Part shown: in pieces, positions 38,991-52,470 of the stretch | Layout: each line of letters opens with the position of its first letter | Position numbering within the stretch: the stretch's first letter is position 1 | The notes under the pieces: model-generated | Databases searched by the model: none | The model's input: only the letters and a program-made list of their open reading frames with translations | Told to the model about the DNA's origin: nothing | NCBI RefSeq assembly: GCF_004010195.1 | Contig: NC_057719.1 | Location: forward strand, 23,835,629 to 23,899,628 | Direction of reading: 5' to 3' | Length of the DNA stretch: 64,000 nt | DNA from: Chiloscyllium plagiosum | Taxonomy: Eukaryota | Translations under genes and position numbers: made by a program

Positions 38991-41329
38991 GTGCTCCAAT
39001 CTTTAAGTTTATTTTTGTAATTTCCACTGGGAATAATATGTGACAAAACCACTGCCTTATTTAACTGTTTAAATATTTTATCCAAACTGATCATCAATGC
39101 CCTAGCTATGCAGTCATTCAGTATGCTGTATCTGGGATAGATGAGAGTTGTTGCTTTATTGAATCACTCAGCTTGCATGATCTTTCAAGTTCTAATGAAT
39201 CTCTCTGAGCAGTTAAGTTTTTCTTTTGGCAGTGAGAAGTAGTCACGGCCTTGCTGCACTAATCCTCCTTCATCCGGTGAGTCAGTGTTGTGGGAAGAGT
39301 GGGCCTAATATGGCAATCTCCTTTCTTTATTTGTTGCTTCCTCTTTGACATGACTATTACAGTGCAAAGTCATCTTTTTCCTTTCTGAATAGATTCAGAT
39401 AATTTTAACCCACTGTGGGGGGGGGTGCAGTTAGAAAATTTTAGAACAGGCCACCCAGCAATGGTTTTTCTGCAATGCTGTTTCTAGCTTCTGGCAAGGC
39501 AGGACTTCAGTACTAAGGCCCATGATTTGCATAAAAACTTACTGGTCAGCTCTTAAGGATTGAAGTTTGTCTGGGGATGGTGAGTCACTTGTCACTGAAG
39601 ATCCCCATCCTCATAATTGGTGTTTGGATCATTAAATCTCAGCCAGAGTGTTGCCCTTTAAGATAGCGATTGGGAGGAATTTTCTTCTCAAAGTGTCATT
39701 ATTCTTGGGCATTCTGTTCCTCAGACTGCAGTGGAGACCTGCCATGTCCAACTCAACTTTGAAAATATTCCAAGTTTTTATTGACAAGGGAATTACGGTT
39801 ATTGAGGACAGGCAAATACAAAGAATTATACAACACTGCAACAGGCTCCTTGGCCCACCAATACTACACCAAATCACTCAAAGCCATTTGCCTCTTTGCT
39901 ACCAATATACCTCAACTTTTTGCCTATTCATATTTCAGTCAAAATCCTTCTTAAACTTTATCCTCCTTCTCTGGCAGCATATACCAGGCACTTGCCACTC
40001 TCTCTATTTTTCAAAAAAAAACTTGCCTCTCAGATCTCCTTTTAAGAATATGGAGTTAAGGCCACAAACTTAGCTGTATCCATATCAAATGGCAGAAGGA
40101 CTGAGTGGCCTACTCCTATTTCCTAAGACACATTAGTTGATGGGATGGTGGCCAGCTTGTGGCCCAGATACAATGCAGCTTGATGGGCTTACTTCACATA
40201 GTTGGAAATTGTGGAGGTGACTCTGTTGTAATTGTTTAAAGTTGCTTTTTTTTAATATGATTTTGATATTGTAGCTTCTACTTCAAAGTTTGTGTATATC
40301 GTAATGATTTTGTTTCCTGTCAAATGTTCAGAAAACTAATTCTGATCTGTGTTTTGTACCTATTGGTTTGCTATTCATGAGAAATCTTCATTCTGATTGG
40401 CCAATCAGCCTGCTTGTTGATATCATCCTTTCTGGACAGCACACATCTTGAATAAATAATGTCTGTTTCAAAATAATGTTAAATATGCTATTTCACATTC
40501 CAAAGCCCATTGAATCTTATGGGCAATGTTTTTTTTTAAAATTAGCAGAGTGCATTGCCTCAGACTCATCTGAATTAAATATTTCAGATTAATGTTGTCA
40601 AATGACTAAGCAATAACTGTTGTTTCTGCCAGCCTTGTATTTTTTGAATTCTGTGATGGGGTGTCTCATTGCTACCAAGGTCAGGGTTTTTTGTCAATCC
40701 CTAATTACCCTTGAACTGAGTGGCTTGCCATGCTATTTCATGGAATCTAAAAGTCAACCATATTGCTGTGGATCTGGTATTGTATATAGGTCTGTCAGGT
40801 AAGGTCTGAATGTTTCTTTCCTGAAAGAACTTTAGTGAACCAACAGCATTTTTTATAGCTGTTTATGATTTGCTGACTACCATTATGAAGGCTACTTTTC
40901 AACTTCAGTTTCTTTGTTTAAAAACAAATTTAATTTGTATCATGAGTAAAAACAAAGTGTTGTAGAAACTCAGTATGTCTGGCAGATTTGCAAAGAACCA
41001 AAAAATGTGAACATTTCAAGTCCAGTGTGACTCTTCAGCTGCTATGGTGGGATTTGAACCCATGTACTGAGAACATTAGTCTTTGTCTCAGCATTAAAAT
41101 TATCTCAACATCTTCCCTGCCTTTAACTAGATGATGGTTGTACTTTGCATTGTAAGATGTGTTGTTTTTTTTCTTTAGCCTGCATAAATGCATTAGTGCT
41201 TTGGATCTTTCTAAGAGTGACAGAGACCATATTTAAAATTAATTTCAGCACAAATTTCAGGGAAGACTCAACTGGCTTGTATTTCTAGCTCTTGTCCACT
41301 ATGCATTTAACAGTAAATTGTTTAATCCC

Positions 41330-44300
41330 ATCCTTAATTGGAGGGCAGGAAGACGATAAGCTCGTGGTATCATTGTTAATGTTCTGAGGTCATGAGTTTG
41401 AATCCTGCCACAGTAGATGGTGGAATTTAAGAATCTACTGAAGACAGTGAAACCATTCACTGTCAGAAAAGCCCATCTGGTTCACTGAAGTTCTTCTGAG
41501 AAAGCAACCTATCATCCTGACTTGGTCTAGCCTCCAGAACTGATACACTCAACTGCCCTATACACCCGAATAGATGGCAGAAATAGCCCTATAGACCCCA
41601 CTAAGAAGACCTTACTAACATCTGGGGCTAGAGCCAAAATTAGAAGAGCTATCTCAGACCAGTTGAGCAACAGCTTGGCATTGTCAAGCTTACAGAATTC
41701 TAACTGACGGGCAATGTCCAGGCACCAGGATCACCATTCCAATGCCAGGACAGACCCAGCAGAAGTAGTGGCACAGTAATATACAGTCAGGAGGGAATTG
41801 CCCTTCGAATACTTAACATTGACTCCAGACCCCATGAAGTCTCATGGCTTCAGGTTGAACATGGGCAAAGAAATTACTTGCTGATTACCACATACTGTCC
41901 TCCCTCGGCTGATGAATCAATACCCTCATGTTGATCAACACACAGAGGAAATGCTGAGAGTGGCAAGGGTGCAAATTATTTTGTTTTATTGACATGTACA
42001 TGGACAGTATATGGGTCACCATTTACAATACCATCTTGGGTACAAAAGTACCTAGGTACAGCTTCTTCAATTACAAGATGTTAGAAAATAGAGAAATAAA
42101 ACGTCCAGCATCGCAGAATAAAAGTTCAGAACAATGTTGTTCCAACCCAGACCACAGTGGCATCCTCCAGTCTGCAGTAGCCCCAGATCATTCCAAGCTT
42201 CACCTCAAGGTTCATGAGCCTGGGAGATTGAAGTCCAACACCAAGAATGGCTCAGCAGCAGTACTATTGATCAAGTTGGTTGGATCCTAAAGGACATAGT
42301 TGCTAGACTGAATCTGCAGCACTGGTGAGAGAACCAAGAGGGGGGCAAAGCATACTTGACCTCATCCTTGCCAATCTGCTGGCTGCAGATGCATCTGTTA
42401 TTGCCAGTATCAATAAGAGTGACCACTGCACAGTCCTTGAGGAGACCAAGTTCTGCTTTCAAATTGAGACCTTCCTCCATTGTGACTATCACCATGCTAA
42501 ATTGGACAGACTTTGAACAGATCCAGCAACTCAAGACCTGGCATCCATGAGAGTCATCAACAGTAGCAGAATTGTACTCCAGCACTCCCTGGCACAGCAT
42601 ATGGGATCAACCCTGATTCAATGGAGAGTCCAGGAGGGCATGACAGGAGCTTCTCCAGGCATACATGAAAATGAGATGTCAACCTTGTGAAGCTACCAAA
42701 CTAGCTTAATTGCATACCAAACAACATAAGCAGCAAGAGCTAAACGGAACAAAGCAGCAAGTGAAAGACATAGCTAAGTGATCCCACAACTAACAGATCA
42801 GATTTACGCTCTGCAATCCTGTCCCATCAAGTCATGAATAAATAACTCACTGAAGGAGGAGACTTCTTCATTTCCCTATCCTCAATGATGGAAGAGCCCA
42901 ACAGATAAATGCAAATGATAAGACTGAAGCAACTTTCAGCCAGAAGTGCCAAGTGGGTGAACTATGTCAGCCTCCTCCAGTGGTCCTCAGCATTACAAAT
43001 ATCTGTCCTCCTTCAGCTGATGAACCCTCCATGTTGAACAACATGTGGAGGAAGCACTGAGGTACCAATCTGCAGCCAATTCGATTCACTCCATGTGATA
43101 TCAAGAAACGGTTGGAGGCACTGGATGCTGCCAAGGCTATGGGCTGTGACAACATTTTGGCAATAGTATTAAAGACTTGTGCTTCAGAACTTGTGACTCC
43201 CTTAGCCAAGCTCTTCCAGTACAGTTACAACACTGTCCAGGTATGTCCCATACATACAAAGCAGAACAAATTCAACCAATTAGCACTCTGTCAGTCTACT
43301 CTCGATCATCAATAAAGTGGTAGAATGTGTCATCTCTTTAACAGTGCTATCAAGCAGAATCTGCTCACTGATGCCCAGTTTGGGTTCTGCCATTCGACTC
43401 TTAACCTCATTACAGCCTTGGTTCAAACACTGACAAAAGAGTTGAATTAGAGGTGAGTGTGACAGCCCTTGAAATCAAGGCCGCATATGACCGTGTGGCA
43501 TCAAGGAGCCCCAGCAAAACTGGAATCAATGGGTATTGGGAGGAAAACTCCCCTGGTTGGAGTCATTACTTGACATATAGGAAGAAATTTGTTGGAGGTC
43601 AGTTATCTCAATCCAGGACATTTCTGCAAGAGTTCCTCAGGGTAGTGCTCTAGGCTCAGTCACCACCTTTTGCTTCATTGATGACCTTTCCTCCATCACA
43701 AGGTCTAAAGTTTGTTTACCAATGATTGCACAATATTCAGCACCAGTCACAACTCCTCAGATAATGAAGCAGTCCATGTTCAAATGCAACAAGATCTGTT
43801 GGACAATATCCAGGCTTGGGCTGACAAGTGGCAAGAAATATTTGTCACACAAATGCCAGGCAATTCGAGACATTCAGTGGTTTAACCATCACTGAACCCC
43901 CACTGTTAAAATCATTGGGGTTACCATTGACCAGAAACTCAACTGGACTGGTCACATAAACACCTATGGCTACAACAGTATTTCGGAGGCTAGGAGTATC
44001 TCACCTCCTGACTCCTCACTTGCCTGGATGGGTGCTGCTCCAACAACACTCGAGCTTGACACAATTCAGGGCAAAGCAGCCACTTAATTGACACCACATC
44101 CAGACAGATCTAATCCTTCCATCACCATAGCAGTAGTATGTGACAATGAACAACATTATGTTGTCTTTGGTTTTTTTCAGAGGGGTCATAAAGTCAGAGG
44201 TTCTAATATATCTGGGTTTAACTACTTGAGAATGCTTTTAAGTCTTGCACAATGAAAGGGGAGCGGCCAGTACTCACTGCTCAGGATTTGTTTTGGTTTG

Positions 44301-44920
44301 AGTAGACTGGCTGTTTCGCAGCTGCTGGTCAAGTCTTAGCTGGGAACTCAGAAGCTGCTGGACCCAAAGAAACAGCTCCATGCTGATTTTTTTTTTTCTT
44401 CCCCCTCTTCCCCCTCTTTCTCTCCTCTCTCGTAAGAACCTGTATTTGATTTTATCTTTTTATGTTTATGGGGACGCATAAATAAATTCTGTTTTGTTTA
44501 AAACCAGGTAGTTGATACATTGTTCACCTGCTTAAAACAACTAATAAAGTTAGGGTCTGGGCTACCTTCTTGAAATGTTTTGGGGGGATCTGGCCTAGTT
44601 CATAATAAGTGTATACTGTCTACAAAATGCACTGCAGAAATTCACTGAAGATCCTTAGACAGCACCTTCTAAGTTTACAACCACTTCCACATAAAAGGGC
44701 AGAATAAAGATGGAAGCACCACCATCTGCAAGTTCCCCTCCAAGCTGCTGACCACCCTGACTTGGAAATATATTGCCATTCCTTCACTGTCGCCAGGTCA
44801 AAATCCTGGAATTCTCTCAGCAGCAGTTTAAGAAAGCAGTTCACCACCACAATAGCAACTAGGGACAGGCAGTAAAGGCTGGCCAGCCATTGATACCAAC
44901 ATCTGATAAGTGAATTAAAA
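41330..44920 (+). mobile_element. Long degraded CR1/L2-clade LINE (APE endonuclease plus RT), interrupted by other inserts
   Basis: RQDRPS, PHEVSWLQV, REPRG..ILDLILANL, SDHCTV, LDAAKAMGCDNI, ALEIKAAYDRV; 3' end resumes after 44608. Confidence 0.8.
44139..44607 (+). mobile_element. Probable solo LTR nested in the LINE
   Basis: Starts TGTGACA, ends CATAATA (decayed CA end), internal AATAAA; LINE sequence continues across it. Confidence 0.5.
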
Positions 44921-45784
44921 AGAGGTGGTAAACATAAAACAGCATGGGAACAGGCCCTTCAGCCCATCATATTTGTACTGTGCGCAATGCTAATCCAAAA
45001 TAATTCCATCAGTGCGCACATGGTCCATGTCCCTTCTCTTCTCTGTTTACATGTCCATCTGAATGCCTCAAACATTGCTATCATGTCTGCTTCTAATCAG
45101 ACTACAGTAGTGCAGCATTGATTCACCAACTTACCTTCCTGTCAAGCAAATGGTCTATAATTTTACAGAAAAGTTCAGTTTGAAATCAGCGTATATATAT
45201 TATGTAAAGTGACCTCAGATTCTTTCATTTTAATGTTACAACTAATTTTCAGTGCAAGATTGCCAAATGTACTGCACTTAAGCATTTTTCACTTGAGCAA
45301 TTTTGAGTTGTAAATTGCTCCTTTTCTTTTCTTTGTTGTATGCTATAGATTTTTCACAAATTTGCAGTGCATGTTAATAGTTTGAGATCTGTGTTTGATA
45401 TCAGCCAAATTTAAAACTTTCAACTTATTATAATTGATGTTTCTGTGTTGTAATATGAAAACGTACCTGTTCTCAGTGCTTTGCACTGGCCCACTTACGG
45501 ATTTGCTAGTTTTGCTTGAAAATAGGAGGGTGAAAGCCAGTTGTGTATGCCAACACACATTAGGAGTATAATGAATTTGAAAAGAACACGTTTTTTTAAA
45601 AAAAATAAATAGCTGCAAAATGTTTCAAAGGTGAGTGTAGGATGCGTGAGAGTCCAATATCTATAGACACTTCCTAATTGTAACTTCTGTCTTACAAATT
45701 TGTATTCACTCCTAAGTTTAATTGCATTGTGCTTAGTTAGCTAAAATGCTAACATTTCCTTTGACTATCTCTTTTTCTGCCAAG

Positions 45785-45915
45785 CTGCTGAGATACACCA
45801 TGGACAAAATGGGTCTAGAGCAGGTGAAAATCATAGCCAGCGATAATCTTTGGGAACCAATATCTTGGTCTGTGCTTCAAGATACTGAACTATGTGATGT
45901 GGTCGACATTATTGG
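45785..45915 (+). CDS. GALC: GALC exon 7b (mammalian-like exon 7)
   Basis: tgccaag|[43 protein letters not shown](G)|gtaggc; 131 nt, phase 0-2. [11 protein letters not shown] matches mammalian GALC as I recall it. Branch-like GCTAAC about 35 nt upstream. Confidence 0.94.
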
Positions 45916-46505
45916 GTAGGCATTTATATGCTCTATTCTCGCAAGGTAATAACAATTATTAGGTTTCCAATGTCAGTGAGCTGCTTCTTTGGGGAAGTTC
46001 TTTGCACTTGGATGTCACCTGACTTGATACTGCAATTTGAAATCTAACATTCGAGGTATTCCACATATGTGCAGCTATAGAGACAAGCAGTCTAACTATA
46101 CATACTCCTTGCTGGGTTACAAATGTCAGTGTATAACTTGAAGTGGGAAAGAAATTGAAAACCAAATACGTGACGAGGTCAATGTTTTTGCCTAGGTCAC
46201 TTTTTTTTTATCCTTTAATGTGGTAAATCCAATATGTAAATCTAATATAGCAAAATCAATTCAAATGGTTGAAGCTGATCACCAACTTATCAAGATTTTA
46301 TTAATTTTCACCTTTCTCTGTTAACATTTAGCTGTATTTCTGAAGTTGCATTTAATGTGTTTGGGCATGAAATCCATAGCGCATACCATAATTGTTGGTT
46401 TTTAAAAATGGTCTGTTTTAAAGTCGAACTAGGTGTAATTATTTTCAATGTTTGAATGAAATGTAAACACTTTTGGGTTTATGAATATTTTGTTTTATAT
46501 CTTAG

Positions 46506-46661
46506 AGCCCATTATCCTGGAACATTGTCAAGCAGTAATGCCAGGAAGACTGGAAAGAAGCTATGGTCATCTGAAGACTACAGTACTGTTAATGATAATG
46601 TTGGAGGAGGTTGCTGGGCTCGTATACTTAACCAGAATTTTGTCAATGGCAATATGACTTC
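46506..46661 (+). CDS. GALC: GALC exon 8 (catalytic nucleophile Glu in WSSED)
   Basis: cttag|(G)[51 protein letters not shown](S)|gtaagt; 156 nt. Confidence 0.97.
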
Positions 46662-46869
46662 GTAAGTGTTAACATGGATTCTGTTAACAAACATCTGACT
46701 GTACATTTCTCTACAGTATTCTAAAGCAAACAAGTTCTTGGGATGTGTAAAATAACAATAAGACTGAAATTTGTGGACTTGACTTTTGAACTATTGTACT
46801 ACTCTGGATGATGCTCCTTCCATAGTGCTCTCACATAGTCTGAAGACACTTACTCATTGTCAATAAGTC

Positions 46870-49320
46870 ACTGAAGGCTAAAATATTATTAGGAAGGCTA
46901 ATGGAATATTGGCCTTCATTGCACAAGGGTTTCAGTACTGGAGCAGTAAAGTAATTCTTCAATTGCACAGACATTTGATTAGACTACACATAGAGTACCG
47001 TGTACAATTTTGGTCTCCTTGCCTCAGGAAAAATATTAAGTTAGAAATCCCCTGGACCTGATTAAGTATTTCCCAGGAAGTTAGGGAAGAAATTGTGGGG
47101 CTTCAAGCAAAGATATTTGTATCTTCAGCAGCCGCAGGTGAGGTTCCGGAAGTCAAAGTCAAGTCACCCTAATCTTAGCAGACCATAGTGCTGTTCTCTC
47201 ATTTAGAAAGAGACAATTAGTGATGATTTAAGCTGAGGGCCTCCATACCTCCGGTGAGGGGAAAGGTTGAGAAGTAGACTTCCTCATGGTAACCTCAGCT
47301 GATTTGGGGATTGAACCCATGCTGTTGGCATTAAACTGCTTCACAAACCAATCGTCCAGCCAACTGAGTTAAACCAACCCCTGTGGTGCAGGAGAACTGG
47401 AGGGTGGCTCATGTGCCACTATTTAAGAAAACCTGCAAGAAAAAGCCAGGCAACTACTAATCTGAGTCTGAGGTCAGTGGTAGGTAAGATCATAGAATTT
47501 CTACAGAGTGGAAGCAGACCATTTGGCCCATAGAGTCCTCACCAACACTCTGTAGAGTATCCCACCCAGCCCCACCCCCTACCCTATCCCTGTAACCCTG
47601 AATTTCCTATGGGTAACCCATAGCTTACACATCCCTGAAAGCTACAGGGTAGTTTACCTATCCTGCACATCTTCCGACTGTAGGAGGAAACCCACGCATG
47701 CACGGAGAGTATGCCATCTCCACACAGTTGTCCGAGGGTAGAACTGAACCCAGGTCCCTGGCACTATGAGACAGTAATGCTAACCACTGAACTATCACAT
47801 CTTTGGAGGTGATTCTGAGAGACAAGACTTGTGCGCATTTGGAAAGGTAAGGACTAATTAGGGATAGTCCGCATGACTTTGTGTTTGGGGAAGCATGTCT
47901 CTCACACTTGAGTTTTTGAAGAGATGACTTCATGGACTTTAGCAAAGCCTTCAAGGTTCCACATGGAGACTGGTTAGTAAGGTGAGATCTAGGGAGAATG
48001 GTGAAGAATACGTTTGATATGTTTGCAGTCATCGGTCAGAGCATTGAGTACAAGAGTTGGGATGTCATGTTATGATTGTGCAAGACATTTGAAACATTGC
48101 AGTCAAGATTAGAGTGGTGCTGGAAAAGCCCTGCAGGTCAGGCAGCATCTGAGGAGCAGAAAAATTGACGTTTCAGGCAAAAGCCCTTCATTAAGAATGA
48201 GGCTGGGAGCCTCGAGGGTGGAGAAATAATGGGAGTGGGGCTGGGGAGAAGGTAGCTGTGTGCACTAGGTGGATGGAGGTGGGGATAAAGATGATTGGTC
48301 AGAGGTTGGAGCTGACAGGTGGGACAGGTCATGAGGAATGTGCTGAGCTGGAAGGTGGGGGGATGGAAAATGAGAAAACTGGTGGAGTCCACATTGATGC
48401 AGTTTGAAACATTGGATACAATTCTGGTTGCCCTGTTATAGGAAGGATGTTATGAAACTGAAAAGGATGCAAAATTGCAAGGATGTTACTGACACAGGAG
48501 GGTTTGAGTTACAAGGTGAGGCTGAATAGGCTGGGATTCTTTATTTTTCCCCTGAAGCATAGGAGACTGAAAGGTGACCTTGTAAAGGTTTATAAAATCA
48601 TGAGGGGCAAAGCTAAGGTGAAAAACTAAGGTTTTTCCCCAGGCTAGGGGGAGTATGAAATTAGAGGGCATGTGTTTAAGGTGAGAGGGGAAAGATTTAA
48701 AAGGGACCTGAGAGGCAACCTTTTCACGCAGAGGATTGTGCATATATGGGGCGAGCTGTCAGTGGAAATGGTAGAGATGAGTACAATTACAGCACTTAAA
48801 AGACATCTGAACAGGTACTTGGATAAGAAGGGTTTAGAGGAATATGAACCAATTGCAGGCAAGCGGGACCAGTTCAGTTTAGGAAGCGTGTTTGCCATGG
48901 ATGAACTAGGCTAAAGGGCCTGTTTCCATGTTGTATGATTCAGTGTCTTGATAGAGTGCAATGAAAATTCACGAGGCTTGTTCCTGGGACTGACCTATGA
49001 ACAGAGATTGGGCAACTAGACCTTTGTGCTCTGAAGTTTGGAAGAATGAGAGGTGACCTTGTAGAAACCTACAAGATTTCAAAATGGATAGACAGCATAG
49101 GAACATAAGATGTTGCACCTAATTGGGAAGTTTAGAACCGTGGGGCACAATTTAACAATAAGGAGGATGCCATTCAGGTTAGGAAAAATTTTGTTTTACT
49201 CGGACAGTTGAGAGTCTTTGCAATTCTCTTTCCCCAGAGGCTGTGGAGTCTCAGTGTTTGATAATATTTAAATTGGAGATTGATTTCTGATTATAAATTG
49301 TTGAGAAGGTTATGGGGATA
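46870..49320 (+). mobile_element. Nested cluster of CR1 fragments with SINE (~47490-47800, minus) and PLE fragment (48100-48402, minus)
   Basis: CR1 RT and 3' motifs; PLE piece flanked by TTTGAAACATTG at 48088-48099 and 48403-48414. Confidence 0.75.
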
Positions 49321-49337
49321 CTGTGATTTTAAAAAAA

Positions 49338-49502
49338 CATCTCTCCACCCTTCAGGCTTTCTGCCTGTATTCCTGATAAAGGGCTTTTGCCCGAAATGTC
49401 GATTTTACTGCTCCTCGGATGCTGCCTGAACTGCTGTGTGCTTTCCCAGCACCGCTCTAATCTAGACTCTGGTTTCCAGCATCTGCAGTCATTGTTTTTA
49501 CC
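49338..49502 (+). mobile_element. PLE-derived terminal unit
   Basis: CCTGATAAAGGGCTTTTGCCCGAAATGTCG...TTCCAGCATCTGCAGTCATTG. Confidence 0.8.
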
Positions 49503-49624
49503 TACCCTGATAAAAAATATTGAAATGTTCAATCAGCCAAGACCGAAATGAATGGTAGTGCAGGTTCGATAGGCTGAATAGCCTATGTTACATTTCAGTT
49601 TCCAATGCATTGCTTTTTTTCTAG

Positions 49625-49749
49625 TACAATTGCATGGAACCTGGTGGCAAGTTACTATAAAGAGTTACCATTCGGGCAGGATGGACTGATGACTGCAGAT
49701 GAACCATGGAGTGGGCACTATGACGTGCAGTCACCTATTTGGGTTACAG
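49625..49749 (+). CDS. GALC: GALC exon 9
   Basis: tctag|(S)[41 protein letters not shown](A)|gtaaat; 125 nt. Confidence 0.97.
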
Positions 49750-52287
49750 GTAAATAAATATTCTTTAAGATTCAAACTTTATGGTCCCAAAGTTAAAACA
49801 TCCTGTATATTCCACCTAATTAGCAAATTACAGAAGGACGCAATCCAGTCTCTCCCTAGGAGCAATTTCCTCACTACCACTTGCTGTCTTCTCTCTCTCG
49901 TTATAAATTATCTGTAAAAACCGATAGCAGAGTCTTCGATTCTTTAACTTTTTTGTGGAATATTCAAAATGTATATTCATGATGTGTTACTTTGTCATAG
50001 TTGGTGATTGTTAATAGAGTGAATATGCTTTATCAATAATGTGCTACTCATTTTAGAAAATTGTTGTGGTCTTTGGAAAATTGCCCTGCAAGTGTTAAAA
50101 ACTGTATTTCTCCACATTTTAACTCTTATGAGCTGCTAAAGTAAATTATGACAGAGTTCTGTCACCAAAGCCTGAGAGAACTAACATTATATAAAGATTG
50201 ACACAGCTCACAGTTTCTACTGGCACAGTGGTGGAGTGCAGTAATGGAGCAATTAAGCCGGTGCCTCAGTATAACAAATGATGTGCTCGAAGATTAGGTG
50301 ATCTACAAATACTAAGCAGTAACTGTATCAAGTCATCAACTACATATATTTGCAGCAGAGAAATGACCTATTTGGCCTAACTTGTCCATGCCAGTGTTGA
50401 TTCTCCGCGCAAGCTTCTTTCTAACCCTTTTCATCTAACCCCATGAATGTACTTTCTCCCTCATAGTTACCTAATTTACTCTTAAATGTGTCAGTGCCAT
50501 GAATTAGTGTTACTATATGTTCTGAATGTATCCATGTACATTATCCTGACATTGTGAATGAAAGATTAGATTCAAAATGAGCATAGGCTACTAACATGCC
50601 TGAATTTACAGTATGAATAATTTTTTGTGCAAATATTTCAGTTGTATAAAAATATTAGTCTTAAGATGTATCTGATTTATAAAGCGAAAAATATGGAGGA
50701 AATAACTAGACACAGGACAGAATATAATTCATCTACATTTGAAACAGGTAATATGCTCCATAGAGATTCCAACCTCCTACATCGATGTCCATTCCCATGA
50801 ACAAATTCAAAAGTAAAAAGGTGGGACTGTTTTCCTTGGTGAAGAGAAGGTTAAGGGGAGGTTTCTTAGAGATATTCAAAATCATGAAGGATCTAGACAA
50901 ATAGATAGGAAGAGACTGTTCCTACTGGTAGAAGGATCTAGACTGTGAGGGCACAGATTTAAGGTAAAAGGCAATGGAGACAGAGGAACTTGACACTCCA
51001 AAAGTGGTTAAAATTCAGAATGTGCTGCCTGAGAGGGTGGTGGAGCTAGGTTCAATCGAGGCATTCAAAAGGAATTCGATTACTATCTGAAAGAGTCCTA
51101 TGCAGGGTGATATAGCAAAGGGAGTAGAACGGCACCAGGTTACTTGTTTAGTTAACCAACACAGATGGGCCAAATGGTGCCCTTCTGTGTTATAACACTT
51201 CAGTGATTCTGTCCTCCGAGTTCACAAATCTATATCTCCAACCCTTCAGTATTCCTCAGCATTCTTGCACTCCTGCTTGACTCCCATTTAGATAAGCCTA
51301 AGTCAACAACTCTCTGTCCCAAAATGCCTATCTCCAAATTGTCCATTGAGCCATATGTCATGCCTTGTCATACCTTCCTGCACACCGCATCAGTGCGGGA
51401 TTAATCCTTCCAACCTCATTCCTCTGCTCCATTAATCATCACAAATATTTCAACTTAATCTTTCCTTAAGCATTTGTACTCAAGACAATGCATATCTAGT
51501 CTAGTCTCTTATAACTTTGTCCTCCATATGATTCTGAAGATACACACTACACCCCTCCAAGGCCATTACACCCTTCATGTGATGTGCTGCCAGATCAGAA
51601 CTCTATACCAGGCCAAGTAAGAGCTTCATATGATTGCAAATTCACTTTCACTGCTACATGATAGGAAGGCTTCTTTAGTTTGAAGGCTAATATTTAATTC
51701 ACCTCCTGTAATCTTTTGGTATCCTATGGACTACTTTTCATTGATTTCTGTAATTGGTCCAATAAATATTTTCCATTCTTCCATGGTTCTAACTTCTCAC
51801 CATTTAAGAATTTACTCTCCTTTTTGCATTCAGAGTAGATGACCTGATACATCTCTGAACTCTGCTGCCTCGGATATGCCCTCCAATTTAAATCTATTGA
51901 CTTGCTTTGTAGTTTTGTACTCCACTTTCACTGTTCACTGTCCCACTTAACTTGATGTTAGCAGCCAGTTTGGATAAGTGGTTCGCCCTTCAGCCAAGTC
52001 CTTTATACCTACAGTGAAAATTTCACACCTCAGAGCAAATCACTAACAGAGCTCAGTCACAGCTACTCTTCCAATGTTGTCATGAACCTCCATCAACATG
52101 TATCACGTGTTCACTCTATTTATAAAATATGTTAAAGAATAATGCACTAGAAAGAAACAACTTCTGACAATATGTACGTTATTTTCAAAGCGACTCATTA
52201 CCTTGTCAGAAGTGAGCACGATTGCTCTAAATTCCCTGGTTTGCTTGAACAAACAATGCTGTGTGTGAGAAGTGCTATTTAAATTAA

Positions 52288-52470
<183 letters not shown>

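Noticed and set aside
45455-45570. Possible snoRNA or conserved element upstream of exon 7b
   Set aside because: Non-repetitive, but I found no convincing C/D or H/ACA architecture; a cross-species alignment is needed.
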